From Mobula hypostoma (Eukaryota), in assembly GCF_963921235.1 (NCBI RefSeq), contig NC_086097.1:25050001-25114000 (forward strand): DNA of 64,000 nucleotides, read 5' to 3'. The notes below the pieces were generated by a model, which had not been told where the DNA came from, searched no databases, and saw only the letters and a program-made list of their open reading frames with translations. A program made the translations under genes and the position numbers. How positions within the stretch are numbered: position 1 is the first letter of the stretch; every line of letters starts with the position of its first letter. Shown here piece after piece: positions 62,693 to 64,000 of the stretch.

Positions 62693-62801
62693 AGCACATG
62701 CCTGCAGTCAAAGAGAAGGAAGGGAAATCATTCTGGTCACTTAATGTGGCAGATGTATCCTCCAATCGTTCAGTCCCCAAGCCTGCATCTGACTCTTCCA
62801 C
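62693..62801 (-). CDS. Candidate 109-nt internal exon (phase 0/1) of an unidentified gene
   Basis: cgtacag|G acceptor and T|gtaagt donor; open frame VEESDAGLGTERLEDTSATLSDQNDFPSFSLTAGMC in unique sequence. Confidence 0.45.
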
Positions 62802-62988
62802 CTGTACGTCCAAGGGCATTCAAAATTAACACAGGTTTGGTTATTTCACATTATGACACATTGTGCCCACTCTTGGAATATTACTTTCAGTTCTGATTGC
62901 CTCATCATAGGAGGATATGGAAGCTTTAAAGAGAGTGTAGAGGAGGTTTGCCAGGACGCTGCCTATATTACAGATCATATCTTATGAG

Positions 62989-63171
62989 CGCAAACACAAG
63001 GAAATCTGCAGATGCTGGAATTTCAAGCAACACACATAAAAGTTGCTGGTGAACGCAGCAGGCCAGGCAGCTTCTCTAGGAAGAGGGTCTAGGAAGGGTC
63101 TCGGCCCGAAACATCAACTGTGCCTCTTTCTAGAGATGCTGCCTGGTCTACTGCGTTCACCAGCAACTTTT
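62989..63171. mobile_element. Fold-back PLE-tail element with 12-bp TSD inside a CR1 (62850-63470)
   Basis: TSD atatcttatgag at 62977-62988 and 63172-63183; inverted arms, the second starting at gaagggtctcggcccgaaac. Confidence 0.88.
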
Positions 63172-63471
63172 ATATCTTATGAGGATAGGTTGAGAAAGCT
63201 AGGGCTTTTCTCTCTGGAGCGAAGGAGGATGAGGAGGTGACTTGAGATAGATGTACAAGATGATAAGAGGCATTGATCGAATAGATAGCCAGAGACTTTA
63301 TCTCATCCAGAAATGGCTAGTACAAGGACGCAAAATTTTAATGCAACTGAAGGGAAGTACTGGGGGGTGTCAGAGGTAAGTTCTTTACACAGAGAGTGGT
63401 GATGTCCTGCCAGGAGTGGTGGCATTGGCAGATACATCAGGGTCATTTAAGAAATTCATAGATAGGCACAC

Positions 63472-63707
63472 TGTAGTGTATTCAATACTTCAGTAATATT
63501 TGAGTAAATTTGTATATTGTTGTTTGATTAAGCATTCTTTGTTCAGGTTACATGTAAGAAGTGCGTGAATGCCTTACGTCATTACACGACCATGCCATAT
63601 GTGAGCCCTTTACAAAGAAAAGGGAGGAAAACTAAGTAGACAAGTCAATCCTGGCTCCTATGTTTTTCTTTCGATTAATTTCTGGAGTTACAAAAATCTT
63701 CTGTACA
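63472..63707. mobile_element. Probable degenerate short solo LTR
   Basis: Starts TGTAGTG abruptly at the end of a CR1 fragment and ends ..gttacaaaaatcttctgtaCA; LTR-like composition. Confidence 0.4.
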
Positions 63708-64000
63708 CCAGTGAGTACAGACCTCCTTCTATTTTGCTCTGTATCACTGGGACTCTATGCAAATAGCTCTGGGTGAACAGTGGATTTATTGTCCATCCTT
63801 ACAGGCATGTGGAAGCTCTGGTGTGCATTAGGAAACAGTGGTACAAATCAGCGGCCTGCAAATTGTACAAAGAGGGCCATTTCAATTCTGCAATCAAATA
63901 TAAGTCTGGAGTTTAGAAGAATGAGGGGGAATCTCAATGAAACCTATCAAATATCTCCTATTGTGGGGGAGTCTAGGACCTAGAGGGCATAGCCTCAGAT

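Overview
Vertebrate genomic DNA, almost certainly from a cartilaginous fish and probably a ray, judged from its repeat families. Most of the window is nested, decayed transposable elements: CR1 LINEs (dominant), Rex1/Babar LINEs, two Penelope-like (PLE) families, a Hero-clade 3' end, V-SINE/HE1-like and other tRNA-derived SINEs, Tc1, mariner and hAT derivatives, and a solo LTR. No intact host gene, rRNA, tRNA or CRISPR array is recognisable. Non-repeat content includes a processed RPS27A (ubiquitin-S27a) pseudogene, several candidate minus-strand exons of an unidentified gene or lncRNA, and a ~330-bp unique block duplicated 25 kb apart. The most notable signals are: (i) many copies of a minimal hammerhead ribozyme (CUGACGA..GAAAC/GUC) carried by PLE tails, including short TSD-flanked fold-back elements whose breakpoints cluster at the ribozyme; (ii) a young Neptune-type PLE inserted into CR1 ORF1, giving a 414-codon chimeric ORF read through a 4x44-bp duplication of RT motif A; (iii) a palindromic mariner derivative with five TIR copies. 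Family names come from motif recognition by eye; no database searches were run, and most repeat boundaries are approximate.
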